Positions 10,222 through 20,553 are shown, counted from the stretch's first letter. The stretch: DNA of 64,000 nucleotides from an uncultured archaeon (GCA_964645535.1 CAZYCQ010000001.1:60245-124244); one strand, 5' to 3'. Numbers and translations: made by a program. The notes: a model not told the origin generated them from the sequence alone.

Positions 10222-11181
10222 TCAAACAACTCGTGGAGCTGGAATACGATGGAAGATTTCCGTAAGGATCGTTCCAGCATTAACACCACTAATTATATCA
10301 CCTGATCTCAATATAATTCGGTGTCCCAACACAGGAATAAGGACATCTTGGATGTCTTGGGGATTGACAAAGTCACGACCGTTAAGCAATGCCCAAGCCT
10401 TTGAGGCTTGGATTAAACCCAAGCTTCCTCTAGGGCTGGCACCTACAGCAATTTGTCCATGATTTCGTGTCTTTTCAACAATGGTGACTGCATATTCGAT
10501 TATCGGATCACTGACATGAACTTCTTCCACCAATCTCTGTAATGCCAATACATCTTCTTTAGTAGCTACGGTATCAATATCAACTTCTTCTTTTTTCCTA
10601 TCCACTCGGTTTCTCACGATTTGCATTTCATCCTTCTTCGATGGATAACCAACACTTAATTTCATGAGAAACCTATCAAGTTGAGCTTCGGGAAGTGTGA
10701 AGGTTCCCTCATATTCCAAGGGGTTTTGGGTTGCCAAAACGATGAAGGGTGGATCCAATGAATAGGTGTTGCCATCTACAGTCACTGTTCTTTCCTGCAT
10801 GGATTCCAAAAGAGCAGATTGTGTTTTGGGGGTTGCACGGTTGATTTCATCCGCCAACAGTAGATTTGTAAAAACAGGACCTTGCCTGAATTCGAATTGG
10901 TTGGAAGACATGTTGAACATGGATATCCCTGAAATATCAGCAGGGAGAAGATCCGGAGTAAATTGGATTCTAGAGAAATCCAACCCAGTCGCTTGACCAA
11001 AGGTCCTGATCATGAGAGTTTTCCCCAAACCAGGTAGATCTTCAAATAGAATATGGCCGTTAGATAAAATCCCAGCCATAACGTATTTCAAAACCTCATC
11101 TTTTCCGATGATGGCTTTTTTGACCTCATTCAGTATTTGATTTATTTTTGTTGATGCTTGTTCAAAATTCATGATCATCAC
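10222..11181 (-). CDS. MoxR-family AAA+ ATPase.
   Basis: Walker A is GLGKT, Walker B is LLADEINRA, followed by the sensor region ATQNP. The 319-aa size is typical. Confidence 0.9.
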   Translation of the reverse strand: MMIMNFEQASTKINQILNEVKKAIIGKDEVLKYVMAGILSNGHILFEDLPGLGKTLMIRTFGQATGLDFSRIQFTPDLLPADISGISMFNMSSNQFEFRQGPVFTNLLLADEINRATPKTQSALLESMQERTVTVDGNTYSLDPPFIVLATQNPLEYEGTFTLPEAQLDRFLMKLSVGYPSKKDEMQIVRNRVDRKKEEVDIDTVATKEDVLALQRLVEEVHVSDPIIEYAVTIVEKTRNHGQIAVGASPRGSLGLIQASKAWALLNGRDFVNPQDIQDVLIPVLGHRIILRSGDIISGVNAGTILTEIFHRIPAPRVV

Positions 11182-11689
11182 CTATATTTGGATAAATATG
11201 CTTAAGTTTCTCTATTAATTTATAAAGCTCGACCTTTACTTTTTCCTCATCTACCTTACGGAAAAGGAAGGAGCTTGAGGATCCTACTGAGTTCATCCAA
11301 AGAGCGGGATTGAAAAAGAATAGACGAATATCTTTGTCAGGAATTATCTTTTTCATCTCTTCAGAAGAGCTTCGTATGGCAATAAATTCACTGTCAGACA
11401 TTCCCAGCATAGCAGCAAGGATTGAGGATAGTTCCCGTCTAATGAGAAATACGTAACCTTTGATCTCAGATGACCGCAACATATCAACCAATAGACCCAA
11501 TTCTTCCAACGGTCGCCCTCGTGGACTGGCATCTGTATTCAAAACTTGGTCATAAGGAAGCCATTCATCGGTCTCTTGGTTTTGAAGGTAACTCAAAATG
11601 AAAAATATCGAAAGGGCAATGGAAAATAGCCATAACCAACCTTGGTTGAATATCAAATCCAGAAAGGCAAGTAAATCCTCAGTTGCCAC
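11162..11689 (-). CDS. Hypothetical protein in the MoxR operon, possibly DUF4129-like.
   Basis: It sits between a membrane protein and moxR on the same strand. An N-terminal hydrophobic segment is present. Confidence 0.4.
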   Translation of the reverse strand: MATEDLLAFLDLIFNQGWLWLFSIALSIFFILSYLQNQETDEWLPYDQVLNTDASPRGRPLEELGLLVDMLRSSEIKGYVFLIRRELSSILAAMLGMSDSEFIAIRSSSEEMKKIIPDKDIRLFFFNPALWMNSVGSSSSFLFRKVDEEKVKVELYKLIEKLKHIYPNIGDDHEF

Positions 11690-12581
11690 TCAAAGGCACC
11701 TCCTTTTTCAGCAAAGACAAAACTTGATCAGCAGCTTCTCGTGCTTCTTCAACATGGCTTTCAGTTAATTCATGGGAAGAGAACCGAGCAAGTTCATACA
11801 GTTCAGTTAATATTGAGAAATAGTCAGACCCAGGAGAACCAAGCTCATCAACTAACTCCCATAAGAACCTTGAAGGAGTATACCATGTTGGAACTCTTCC
11901 AATTTTTCCCTCAATCCGGTAACAGGTTGATCGGTAGATCTCAATTATGTCTTTTTGGAGTTTACTGACTTTTGATTGGTATGGGTCTTCCTCAATGAGT
12001 TCAAGATCCGCCTTGTTCTTGACAATAACTGCAAAAAAGAGCAGGTATATGAAAAATATGGCCACAATTATAGTCACGAGAATATTGAACCACTCGGTTG
12101 CATTGACCAACCAACGAGGAGGAGCTTCAGTCACCGTAACCGTTCTGGTATAGGTGAAAAAAGACCCATCTGTCACGTTAGTAAATGTTTCTGTGACAAC
12201 AGAAATGTTGTCATCACTTACGGTTCGACTTGTGGGGAAACGGTTTTGGCTTTCGTCGAAAAGGAGAGAGGGACGATAGCTAGCCAAAAAAGCCAACACT
12301 ATGCCTGTGAGGACAATCGGCAAAAAGATTGCATCAAACCGATCAATTTTGAGACCCATTGATCTTAATGCGAAAATCAGGAAAAGGTACATTGCAATAC
12401 CGAAGGGAAGCAGGATCTCAACCGTTGGATTGCTCACCAACAGCTCGATCTTACCTTTGATAAGCAATTCCGAAAGGAGGATATAGAACCCTAAAAGGGA
12501 AGCCCCTCCTTTTGCAAGCATTCCACGGTTAAGATCGAGATCTGAAAAACTCATCTGACAATTGCTCATTCGTTTGGACAA
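11679..12581 (-). CDS. Membrane protein, first gene of the MoxR cluster.
   Basis: Several TM helices. Genes overlap tail-to-head with the next gene in the cluster. Confidence 0.45.
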   Translation of the reverse strand: MSKRMSNCQMSFSDLDLNRGMLAKGGASLLGFYILLSELLIKGKIELLVSNPTVEILLPFGIAMYLFLIFALRSMGLKIDRFDAIFLPIVLTGIVLAFLASYRPSLLFDESQNRFPTSRTVSDDNISVVTETFTNVTDGSFFTYTRTVTVTEAPPRWLVNATEWFNILVTIIVAIFFIYLLFFAVIVKNKADLELIEEDPYQSKVSKLQKDIIEIYRSTCYRIEGKIGRVPTWYTPSRFLWELVDELGSPGSDYFSILTELYELARFSSHELTESHVEEAREAADQVLSLLKKEVPLSGN

Positions 12582-12671
12582 TTTTTAATGTTCGCCTTCA
12601 ACTGAAAGAGGATATGAATTTTTATAGACATTTATACGAGGAATTTAATTGAGAAATACCAAATATGCAAT

Positions 12672-14000
12672 ATGCTCAATTTCCGTTTGGGATTAGATGA
12701 CACAGACAATCCAGAGGGAGGATGCACAACCTATACCTTGACAAAAATAATTGATGCATTATCAAAAAAAGATCCAAAATTTACACTATTGGATTTCCCA
12801 AAATTGATACGATTGAATCCGAATGTCCCATATAAAACGAGAGGAAATGGAGCATTGGCGTTGCATGGACAAACCAACCTTTCTTTGAAAGAAGTGGAGA
12901 AAATTGTCCAACAGATCATAGAAAAGGATACTAGTACATGGCAAAAAGATAGTCGCACTGAGCCAAGCTATATTCTGATAGATGAAAAGGATGTTATTGA
13001 GAATTCTGAATTTTATTGGTCAGCACTCAGATCTCTTAAACATCCTGATGAAATAACCTCATTGCTGAAAAATTCCAAACATTGGTCGAGAAACGACAAT
13101 CGAAGCTTAGTAGGAAGTTATGCAGCAATTATTGCAGACCTATCGGAAGATTTCACTTATGAACTAATTGCTTACAGAAAACCAGAAAATTATGGAAGGA
13201 AGAGAGAATTCAATGAAAAATCATTGAAATCACAAATAATGGAAAACAGGGATATGTTGTTCTCAAACTATGACTTTATTGAAGATAGGGAATTGATTGC
13301 CCCTAGTGGACCAGATCCAGTATTTTGTGGAATTAGGGGAGAAGATCCAAGAATATTGGTTCAGGTTTTCAAAAACCTCGACATTGCGGAATCATTGGAA
13401 GGGTATACGATCTTCAAAACCAATCAGGGAACCGGACATCATTTGAAGAGGCCACATCATTCATTTCTTCCCAATTCAGTTCATACGGGAACCTATAGGT
13501 TAAGAGAGAACCCAATGATTTTGAAAGGAGGACATGTTAAACTTAAGTGCAGAGATGTTTACAAGGCAAGATCTGTAGATCTAATGGTTTTTGAGCCTAC
13601 CAAGACAATAGTGAAAACTGCTCAAAAGTTGAGGAAAGATGACATCATTCACATTCTTGGAGGGGTGAAACAAAATGACTTTGGAATTTCAATAGCTGTT
13701 GAAGAATTGTTTGTCATTCACCTTGCAGAGCAGATTAAAATCGAACCACCGATTTGCATTAATTGTAACAAAAGAATGACAAGTGCAGGCAGGTTCAAGG
13801 GATACAAATGCAGGAATTGCGGATACAAAATGATGGCAGGCATTCCCAAAAAACAGAAACGACCAAAAATCACAGCATTTTCCAGATTGCTTCCTGTAGC
13901 TTCAGCACAAAGACATCTTACAAAACCATATGAAAGGTACGGAAGAAAACCAGTCACCATATCCCCCCATCATTTGAAGGATGTAAGAGTAATATTTTGA
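12672..14000 (+). CDS. tiaS: tRNA(Ile2) 2-agmatinylcytidine synthetase TiaS.
   Basis: The N-terminus LGLDDTDNPEGGCTTYTL matches the TiaS GIDDTDS..GMCTTY motif. A C-terminal zinc ribbon CINCN...CRNCG is present. Confidence 0.7.
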   Translation: MLNFRLGLDDTDNPEGGCTTYTLTKIIDALSKKDPKFTLLDFPKLIRLNPNVPYKTRGNGALALHGQTNLSLKEVEKIVQQIIEKDTSTWQKDSRTEPSYILIDEKDVIENSEFYWSALRSLKHPDEITSLLKNSKHWSRNDNRSLVGSYAAIIADLSEDFTYELIAYRKPENYGRKREFNEKSLKSQIMENRDMLFSNYDFIEDRELIAPSGPDPVFCGIRGEDPRILVQVFKNLDIAESLEGYTIFKTNQGTGHHLKRPHHSFLPNSVHTGTYRLRENPMILKGGHVKLKCRDVYKARSVDLMVFEPTKTIVKTAQKLRKDDIIHILGGVKQNDFGISIAVEELFVIHLAEQIKIEPPICINCNKRMTSAGRFKGYKCRNCGYKMMAGIPKKQKRPKITAFSRLLPVASAQRHLTKPYERYGRKPVTISPHHLKDVRVIF

Positions 14001-14041
14001 AGAGATAACTGCCAAAGCCTTTCCCGAAATGATATAAACTC

Positions 14042-15439
14042 ATGAAAAATACAGCCTCAGGGATGAACGAGAACTTTGACTATGATGTAATCGTGGTTGG
14101 TGGAGGTCCAGGTGGAGCTATTGCGGCATTCACCCTTGCAAAAGCAGGTTACAATGTTTGTATTTTGGATAAGAAAAAAAGAGAAAGAATCGGGGATAAA
14201 ACCTGTGGAGACGCCCTTGACAAGGCAACAGTGGATTTGTTGAAAAAGGAAATCGGAATTGATGAGCCTCAAGGGGATGAAGTTTCAGACATCATTAGCA
14301 AAATGAGCATTGCTGCTAACAATATTGAAACAAAAGCAACCTTGACAGCCCCAGGTTACGTTGTCGACAGATTGAATTACGGTCAGAGACTATTGAAGGA
14401 TTGTGAAGAAGCAGGAGTAACGGTTATATCACAGGCACCGGTTAGGGACATCATTATAGAAAATGAGTTTTTGAAAGGGGTAAAGTTCTATCATGAGGGA
14501 GAAACAAAGGAATTGAGAGCTAAATTCACAATCGATGCTTCCGGATCATATGCTGCAATAAGATCTAGGCTACCTGAAAGTATGAGGTTTGGAAACATAA
14601 TTGAAAAAGATTTGAAACCCTCTATGGTATGGCCAACATATAGGGAAATAATAGAACTCAATGAGGAGAAAACACCCCATCCTTGGTTAGGGGAAATAAT
14701 ACTCCTTTATGAGCGAGAAATTCCAATACCAGGGTACTTCTGGATTTTTTCAAAAGGACCAAACCGGCTCAATGTTGGTTTGGGTTGGCTCAAAACTGAG
14801 AAAAATCAACCACCACTGAAAAAGGCATTGAGAAAAGAATTAGAAAAGTACTACAAGGAAGAAGATTATCGGGTCATCCGATCAGGAGGAGGTCAGATCC
14901 CAATCAGACCTCCTTTTGACACTCTTGTTTTTGATGGAGGAGCTTTAGTTGGAGATGCAGGATGTTTGGTGCATCCAACTACAGCAGAAGGTCATGGTCC
15001 TGCCTTGGAAAGTGGTTTTTATTGCGCAAAAGCCATGATAAAGGCGCTTGAGAAAGAGGATTATTCACACAAAGCAATCTGGCAATATAATTTGGACATC
15101 ATGCATCATTTGGGAGAAAAACATGCTAACGCCCTTTTAATCAGGGAGTTTCTAGAAAAGGTCGGAGCTGATAGTCTGGAATTCCTTTTGAAAAAGAGGT
15201 TTCTTACCAATGATGATTTGGACAAACTAGTTAGAGGACAAGCCGTTCAGCTGTCATTGGGGGAGAAAATCAAAAGATTGTTGAGAATTTTTCCGATTTG
15301 GAGCCCTGTTTTTCACCTTGTTAAATTACTTAGAAAGTCTGAAGAGGTCAGAAAACATTATCTCGCATATCCAAAGGAGCCAGATCATTTGGAGGAATGG
15401 AGGAAGATGCGCAATTCAATTACAGGATGGGGCTTTTAG
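14042..15439 (+). CDS. FAD-dependent geranylgeranyl reductase family protein.
   Basis: Rossmann FAD motif DVIVVGGGPGGAIAAFTLAKAGYNVCILDKK, with GDAG further downstream. Confidence 0.75.
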   Translation: MKNTASGMNENFDYDVIVVGGGPGGAIAAFTLAKAGYNVCILDKKKRERIGDKTCGDALDKATVDLLKKEIGIDEPQGDEVSDIISKMSIAANNIETKATLTAPGYVVDRLNYGQRLLKDCEEAGVTVISQAPVRDIIIENEFLKGVKFYHEGETKELRAKFTIDASGSYAAIRSRLPESMRFGNIIEKDLKPSMVWPTYREIIELNEEKTPHPWLGEIILLYEREIPIPGYFWIFSKGPNRLNVGLGWLKTEKNQPPLKKALRKELEKYYKEEDYRVIRSGGGQIPIRPPFDTLVFDGGALVGDAGCLVHPTTAEGHGPALESGFYCAKAMIKALEKEDYSHKAIWQYNLDIMHHLGEKHANALLIREFLEKVGADSLEFLLKKRFLTNDDLDKLVRGQAVQLSLGEKIKRLLRIFPIWSPVFHLVKLLRKSEEVRKHYLAYPKEPDHLEEWRKMRNSITGWGF

Positions 15440-15508
15440 GTTAGACAGAAGGGGCAATGAAAGAAATAATAAATAATCAATATCAAATGGGAATTAAAGG
15501 AAGAGACC

Positions 15509-16342
15509 ATGACCAACAACGTCCGCAAATTTCCATTGGTTATTCTTGCAGGTGCAGAAAAGGAAGATTCTGTCAACTATAAGAAAGATAAATTATTAGA
15601 ATATGCCAACGTTGACTATAAAGCCTTAATCGAGTTGAATGGGAAACCAATGATTCTCTATGTGATCAAAGCATTTGTGGAAAGTGGAAGAGTTTCAGAA
15701 ATATTGATTGTCGGACTTCCAAAGGAGAGATTGACAATCCCCGATTCTCTTAAGAAAGTACCCATACACTTCATTGAAACAGATGCCCCACATGCAGAAA
15801 AATTGATCATTGCCAGTGAATTTCTGATGAAGCAAAATCTTGATACCGACTATGCAATGTACATCGGAGGAGACGTCCCAACAATCACTCCTGAAGCCAT
15901 TAATGATTTTTTGGACAAGTGCAAGGATTTGGACGCAGATTTCTTTTTCTCAATAATCCGAGAAGAGACCATGAACAAGATGTTCCCTGAAAACCGAAGA
16001 ACCTATGCTAGAATGAAGGAAGGCAGGTTTTGCGGAGGAGACCTCCAATTGGTCAGGTATACACTTGCTCCAGAACGGAAGGAGATAATTGAAAAAATCT
16101 TGAATAATAGAAAGAGCGTAATCAAACAAGCATTTTTCATCTCACCTTTAACATTCTTCAGATTCATCTTGCATAGAGTCAGTATAGAAGAAGCTGAGAA
16201 GTTGATCTCAAAGGTTATCAAAGCAAAAATGAAAGGGGTCATCTCATCCTACGCTGATCTTGGCTTTGATGTGGATAAACCCAACCAATTGGAACTTGTG
16301 AGAAATCTCTTACAAGAGGGAAAGATCAAGTTGAGTTTATGA
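15509..16342 (+). CDS. Putative nucleotidyltransferase (MobA-like, GT-A fold).
   Basis: The N-terminus PLVILAGA...LNGKPMILYVI resembles an NTP-transferase fold. This is weak. Confidence 0.35.
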   Translation: MTNNVRKFPLVILAGAEKEDSVNYKKDKLLEYANVDYKALIELNGKPMILYVIKAFVESGRVSEILIVGLPKERLTIPDSLKKVPIHFIETDAPHAEKLIIASEFLMKQNLDTDYAMYIGGDVPTITPEAINDFLDKCKDLDADFFFSIIREETMNKMFPENRRTYARMKEGRFCGGDLQLVRYTLAPERKEIIEKILNNRKSVIKQAFFISPLTFFRFILHRVSIEEAEKLISKVIKAKMKGVISSYADLGFDVDKPNQLELVRNLLQEGKIKLSL

Positions 16343-16851
16343 TGCTTGCTCGAATATTGGATTTTGACCAATCGGTTTCTTCATCGATTGCCGCCACATT
16401 TCGGTCAATTTCAGGGGTATTGCGGTATGTGAAATATACAGCCAATCAATCCAGTTATTGGATGGTAATTATTTTCCTTTGGTTTTTTGCCAAGATGAAA
16501 ATAATGGCAATTCTTTATCTGACGGTGACAATTATTGCAGTTACAGTAATTCTGATGCCGCTGAAACTTAACATTAGGAGAAAACGACCAAGGGACAAGA
16601 TTCAAAATTCACATATTTTCGATGCATATTCTTTTCCTTCAGGACATGCAACAAGAGTTGGTTTGATTGCTACATTTTCAATTCTCTACGGAACAGAACC
16701 TCTCATATCATCAATACTGTTAATTTGGGCAGTCTTGATAAGTCTAGAACGAATTGTTTCTGAGGAACACTATTTTTTGGACGTGCTTACAGGGATCTTA
16801 TTGGGAACAATGTCAGGGGTTCTCTCCAATCACCTGTTGATCGGATTTTGA
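16339..16851 (+). CDS. PAP2-family phosphatase, a candidate polyprenyl/dolichyl-pyrophosphate phosphatase.
   Basis: All three PAP2 motifs are present: KRPRD, PSGHA and SRIVSEEHYFLDV. Multiple TM helices. Confidence 0.8.
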   Translation: MMLARILDFDQSVSSSIAATFRSISGVLRYVKYTANQSSYWMVIIFLWFFAKMKIMAILYLTVTIIAVTVILMPLKLNIRRKRPRDKIQNSHIFDAYSFPSGHATRVGLIATFSILYGTEPLISSILLIWAVLISLERIVSEEHYFLDVLTGILLGTMSGVLSNHLLIGF

Positions 16852-16859
16852 GGAAATCC

Positions 16860-17516
16860 TTAGTGTGATTTGTATCTGACCCTTTCATCAATCTTTCGCA
16901 TACGTTTCAAAATCCTGTGCCCATCCCTTGCAATCTCCAGATATTGGCCAATAAAGTTGTCCCATGCAGGTGCCCAAACAGTCGGGTGTGTACTTTGAAG
17001 GGTTCGGAGCAAAACATTGATGTCAACTGCTTTCTCCTCAATATGACTCGAGAAAAGCGCCAAACCAAAATCAATCAGGAAGGTCTTTTCTGTCCTGTTT
17101 TCAATAACAACATTGGAAGTAGTCAAATCCCCATGAACAATATTCAGATTGTGCAGTAGAGCCACTTGTCTCCCAAGATCGGACAAGAAATCAATGCCAT
17201 GCGGAGTTTCAATGATTTCTTTCAAAAGGGTACCATCTATTTTTTGTATGACAACCGAAGTTTCTTCCTTATCAATGAAAAAGACAAAAGGGACATTAAG
17301 TCCATTCTGTTTGGCTTGAACCAGAACCTTTACCTCTCGAATCAATCTAGCATTCCGAATTGTTTTATCAAGATGGGGGTGACGATATTTCTTGGGGATA
17401 CGTTGTTTGATGACGATTTTCCGACCCAAATACTCTCCAGAAAAAATCAATGCCTCAGCATTCTTTGAAATCAACCTTTCTTTTTTTGGTTTTAACTCAT
17501 TAAGAGAGTATTTCAC
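16860..17516 (-). CDS. bud32: Kae1-associated kinase Bud32 (KEOPS complex).
   Basis: Catalytic loop HGDLTTSNVVI and DFGLA. The 218-aa size fits archaeal Bud32. Confidence 0.8.
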   Translation of the reverse strand: MKYSLNELKPKKERLISKNAEALIFSGEYLGRKIVIKQRIPKKYRHPHLDKTIRNARLIREVKVLVQAKQNGLNVPFVFFIDKEETSVVIQKIDGTLLKEIIETPHGIDFLSDLGRQVALLHNLNIVHGDLTTSNVVIENRTEKTFLIDFGLALFSSHIEEKAVDINVLLRTLQSTHPTVWAPAWDNFIGQYLEIARDGHRILKRMRKIDERVRYKSH

Positions 17517-17677
17517 AGTATTTCAGGACAGTTGCATTTTAAAGAGATGTCGTTAGGGACATCTAACCTTAATTGATCATTTATTTTGTGCATATGATCA
17601 TTCATTTTAACTTAATAATGAAAATTCACCAAATGTTTATACAAAATTTAAAAATTCAATTCAGATGGAGATAGGTA

Positions 17678-18157
17678 ATGACAGGGCTTGATGAGCTCGA
17701 TAAGCGTCTGATTTATGAATTAAGAATAGATAGTAGAAAAAGCGTGCGTGAACTCGCAAAATCATTGGCAGAATCGCCAAGCACCATTTATAACAGACGA
17801 AAAAGGCTAGAGGACAAAAATATCATAACCCGTTTTTCGGTGAATTTAGATTTCAGTCAGATTAATCTAGGAAAATCAGTTTATTTTCTTGTGAAGGTTC
17901 GATGGGATGACGAAACATCAGCCCATTCAGTGGCAGAAGAATTGAAGAACAAAAATTTCGTCTATCAAATATCGTTGATATCTGGACGGTTTGACATCCT
18001 ATTGAAGGTGAGACTGCCCTCTGTTGATGAAGTGTCGAATTTTGTTTGGAATGAACTCAGGAAAATTCCTGGTGTTGAAGAAATTGAACAATTGCAGGTT
18101 TTTGAGGAAGTTTTGAAAGAAGAAGATATCTTGGATCCGTTTCAGCATGAAGATTGA
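17678..18157 (+). CDS. Lrp/AsnC family transcriptional regulator.
   Basis: N-terminal HTH LDKRLIYELRIDSRKSVRELAKSL and a C-terminal RAM domain. Confidence 0.85.
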   Translation: MTGLDELDKRLIYELRIDSRKSVRELAKSLAESPSTIYNRRKRLEDKNIITRFSVNLDFSQINLGKSVYFLVKVRWDDETSAHSVAEELKNKNFVYQISLISGRFDILLKVRLPSVDEVSNFVWNELRKIPGVEEIEQLQVFEEVLKEEDILDPFQHED

Positions 18158-18555
18158 AAATTGATGCCAATTGGAATTTTATCTTAGCCAATATTTTTAA
18201 TCATAGACTTCTTGGTTTACATATGGCTGGAAACATTGTCCAAATGGACGATTCGAATTATAAGGAGATATTGAAATCCCATCCATTGGTAATTGTGGAT
18301 ACTTGGGCGGAATGGTGCGCCCCATGCAAGGCAATTGCACCTGTTTTTGAAAGATTGGCCGCACAATATTCAGACAGACTTACATTTGCAAAAGTAAACA
18401 CCGATGAGAATCTTGATTTTGCAAGATCGTTCAAGGTACTTTCAATTCCTACCTTCCTCGTTTTCAAGAATGGAGAACTGGTTAACAAATGGTCTGGTGC
18501 TAAACCCGAAAAACTTACCAAGGAAGTCAAGAAACTAGCAGAAGACGATAAATAA
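18154..18555 (+). CDS. trx: Thioredoxin.
   Basis: Active site WAEWCAPCK. Confidence 0.9.
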   Translation: MKIDANWNFILANIFNHRLLGLHMAGNIVQMDDSNYKEILKSHPLVIVDTWAEWCAPCKAIAPVFERLAAQYSDRLTFAKVNTDENLDFARSFKVLSIPTFLVFKNGELVNKWSGAKPEKLTKEVKKLAEDDK

Positions 18556-18661
18556 GTAAAATTTCACAAAAAAAATCAACTTTTTTATCACTTCCAGAAT
18601 TTTTACACACGAGTGCTTAAATAGTGACAATTGCATATATAAACATAACACCAGAGAAAAA

Positions 18662-18680
18662 GTACCACCAACGGTGGTAC
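18662..18680. promoter_or_regulatory. Perfect 19-bp palindrome GTACCACC-AAC-GGTGGTAC 16 nt upstream of the TFB start codon.
   Basis: Directly visible in the sequence: 8-bp arms with a 3-nt spacer. Confidence 0.5.
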
Positions 18681-18695
18681 ATTTGGGTGATTATC

Positions 18696-19667
18696 ATGAA
18701 GGAAACATGTTCTGATTGTGGCAGCACAAAAATCATTGAACGCTATCGTGAGGGAACTCTTGTATGCGGTGACTGTGGACTTGTAATTGATCGTATAATC
18801 GACACAAGTTCAGAAATAAGAAGTTCCATCAGTTCTACAGGAACCGTGATTGAAAGGACAGGCAGCCCCATTTCTAACCTGCGACCGGATCTTGGGTTCT
18901 CAACTGAGATTGGAAATCAATCAAGGGATGCCTATGGATCCAAATTGACCGTATTGACCAGAGAGAGAATGAGAAGACTCAGGTGGTTGAACTCACGGAC
19001 ATCGAAATCTGAGATTAGAAATTTGAGAGTGGCACTGAGAGAGCTCAAACGTCTGGCTTCTGCACTTCAAATTTCTCAGGACACTGCATCAACTGCATCG
19101 ATGTATTACAGGAAAGCACTTAAGGCAAAGTTAATTCGTGGACGCTCAATTAATTCAATGATAGCGGCAGCCGTCTATTTAGCCGCACGAAAGCACAATT
19201 TCGCAATTGTCATCAAGGATTTGGAAGAGGTAAGCACTGTCCCCAAGAAAATCATTGCTCGATGCATGCGGGTCTATATGCAGGAATTGAACATCAAACC
19301 AGAACCAACCAATCCTGAGATGATGGTGTCTCGATTGGCAAGTAAGTTGGACATTACCCCAGCAACTCAGAAAGAAGCAATCAAGATCCTCAGACAAACA
19401 AGGAACAAAAGATTGGATATGGGCAAATCACCTATGTCAATTGCTGCTGCCGCGATTTACTTGGCTTGCCTTCGAACTGGTGAACGAAGAACACAGCAGA
19501 TGGTGGCACAGGCCGCAATGACAACACCAGTAACCTTGAGAAACCGTTATCGAGAAATTTCAGAAGCATTGACCATTAATGTCGAAGTGAAAAGAGGAGC
19601 CGCTGCAACACCAGTATATTTCAAATCACCATACAAGAAAGAAAAATCAATTTCAAAGAAAGATTAA
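18696..19667 (+). CDS. tfb: Transcription initiation factor IIB (TFB).
   Basis: N-terminal zinc ribbon CSDCG...CGDCG followed by two cyclin-fold repeats. The likely start is MKETCSDCG at 18696, not the upstream ORF start at 18624. Confidence 0.9.
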   Translation: MKETCSDCGSTKIIERYREGTLVCGDCGLVIDRIIDTSSEIRSSISSTGTVIERTGSPISNLRPDLGFSTEIGNQSRDAYGSKLTVLTRERMRRLRWLNSRTSKSEIRNLRVALRELKRLASALQISQDTASTASMYYRKALKAKLIRGRSINSMIAAAVYLAARKHNFAIVIKDLEEVSTVPKKIIARCMRVYMQELNIKPEPTNPEMMVSRLASKLDITPATQKEAIKILRQTRNKRLDMGKSPMSIAAAAIYLACLRTGERRTQQMVAQAAMTTPVTLRNRYREISEALTINVEVKRGAAATPVYFKSPYKKEKSISKKD

Positions 19668-19726
19668 GCATATCGGAACAGTTCCTTCACGCTGTCAACA
19701 ACGAATTACCTTTATATTCGAATATC

Positions 19727-20551
19727 TTGGATGGGAATGTAAGAGGATTTACCATGGATGTATTTGCAATTGCAACACAAAAACCAATTACCTGCAAGCC
19801 CACAGAAATATTGGGAAATGCAGTCGTCACGATGTCGTCCAAAAAGTTCAGAAGGTTACCCGTCGTTGTTGATGAACAACTTGTCGGGATTTTGACTGCC
19901 AATGATGTGTTGAATGCACTTAAAAATGAAGGATTGGAATGTCTCAAGAATCCAGTTAAGCAGTATATGGTGCTGGATCCCATCGCAGTAACCAAGGAAA
20001 CACCCTTGGGTGAAGCAACTACAATAATGTTTGAACATGGCTTTGGTGGTCTCCCCATTGTTTCTGATTATGAAACCTACATTTTGGTAGGCATCATTAC
20101 TGAGCGAGATCTTGTTAAAGAGTTTGTACACAAGATAGTAGATGCCAACCTTTCTGATTTTGTTGCAGAACCAATAACTGTTAACTTTTCGAGGTCAAAG
20201 TTACGAAAGGTAATTGAAAAGATGACTGAAGAAAGAACAAGTAGGGTAATTCTAACAGGATCAAAAAATTCACTCAAGGGAATAATTTCCTCTTCTGACA
20301 TTCTTAAGTTAGTTGCAGACAAATACATCCGGGAACAGCTCGAGGAGGATATTCTTAACTTACCCGCCAAGGAATTGGCTGCGACAAAATTAGTCACGGC
20401 TAATATCAATTGGTCTGTCAAAGAGGTCGCAGATCTATTGACAAAATATAATTTTGGAGGAGTACCAGTAGTTGATGATAATGGCAATCTTGTCGGGATT
20501 TTTTCCGAAAGAGACCTCCTTCAAATAATTGGATTGTATGGGTTGTTTTAG
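19727..20551 (+). CDS. CBS-domain protein with four tandem CBS motifs.
   Basis: Repeated ...R.P(V/I)VD....GI.T..D... CBS signatures. Confidence 0.8.
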   Translation: MDGNVRGFTMDVFAIATQKPITCKPTEILGNAVVTMSSKKFRRLPVVVDEQLVGILTANDVLNALKNEGLECLKNPVKQYMVLDPIAVTKETPLGEATTIMFEHGFGGLPIVSDYETYILVGIITERDLVKEFVHKIVDANLSDFVAEPITVNFSRSKLRKVIEKMTEERTSRVILTGSKNSLKGIISSSDILKLVADKYIREQLEEDILNLPAKELAATKLVTANINWSVKEVADLLTKYNFGGVPVVDDNGNLVGIFSERDLLQIIGLYGLF

Positions 20552-20553
20552 AG

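Noticed and set aside
18624-18695. Upstream extension of the TFB ORF (MTIAYINITPEKKYHQRWYIWVII).
   Set aside because: The extension contains the 19-bp palindrome and no zinc-ribbon residues. TFB proteins begin a few residues before the first CxxC, so Met 18696 is preferred.
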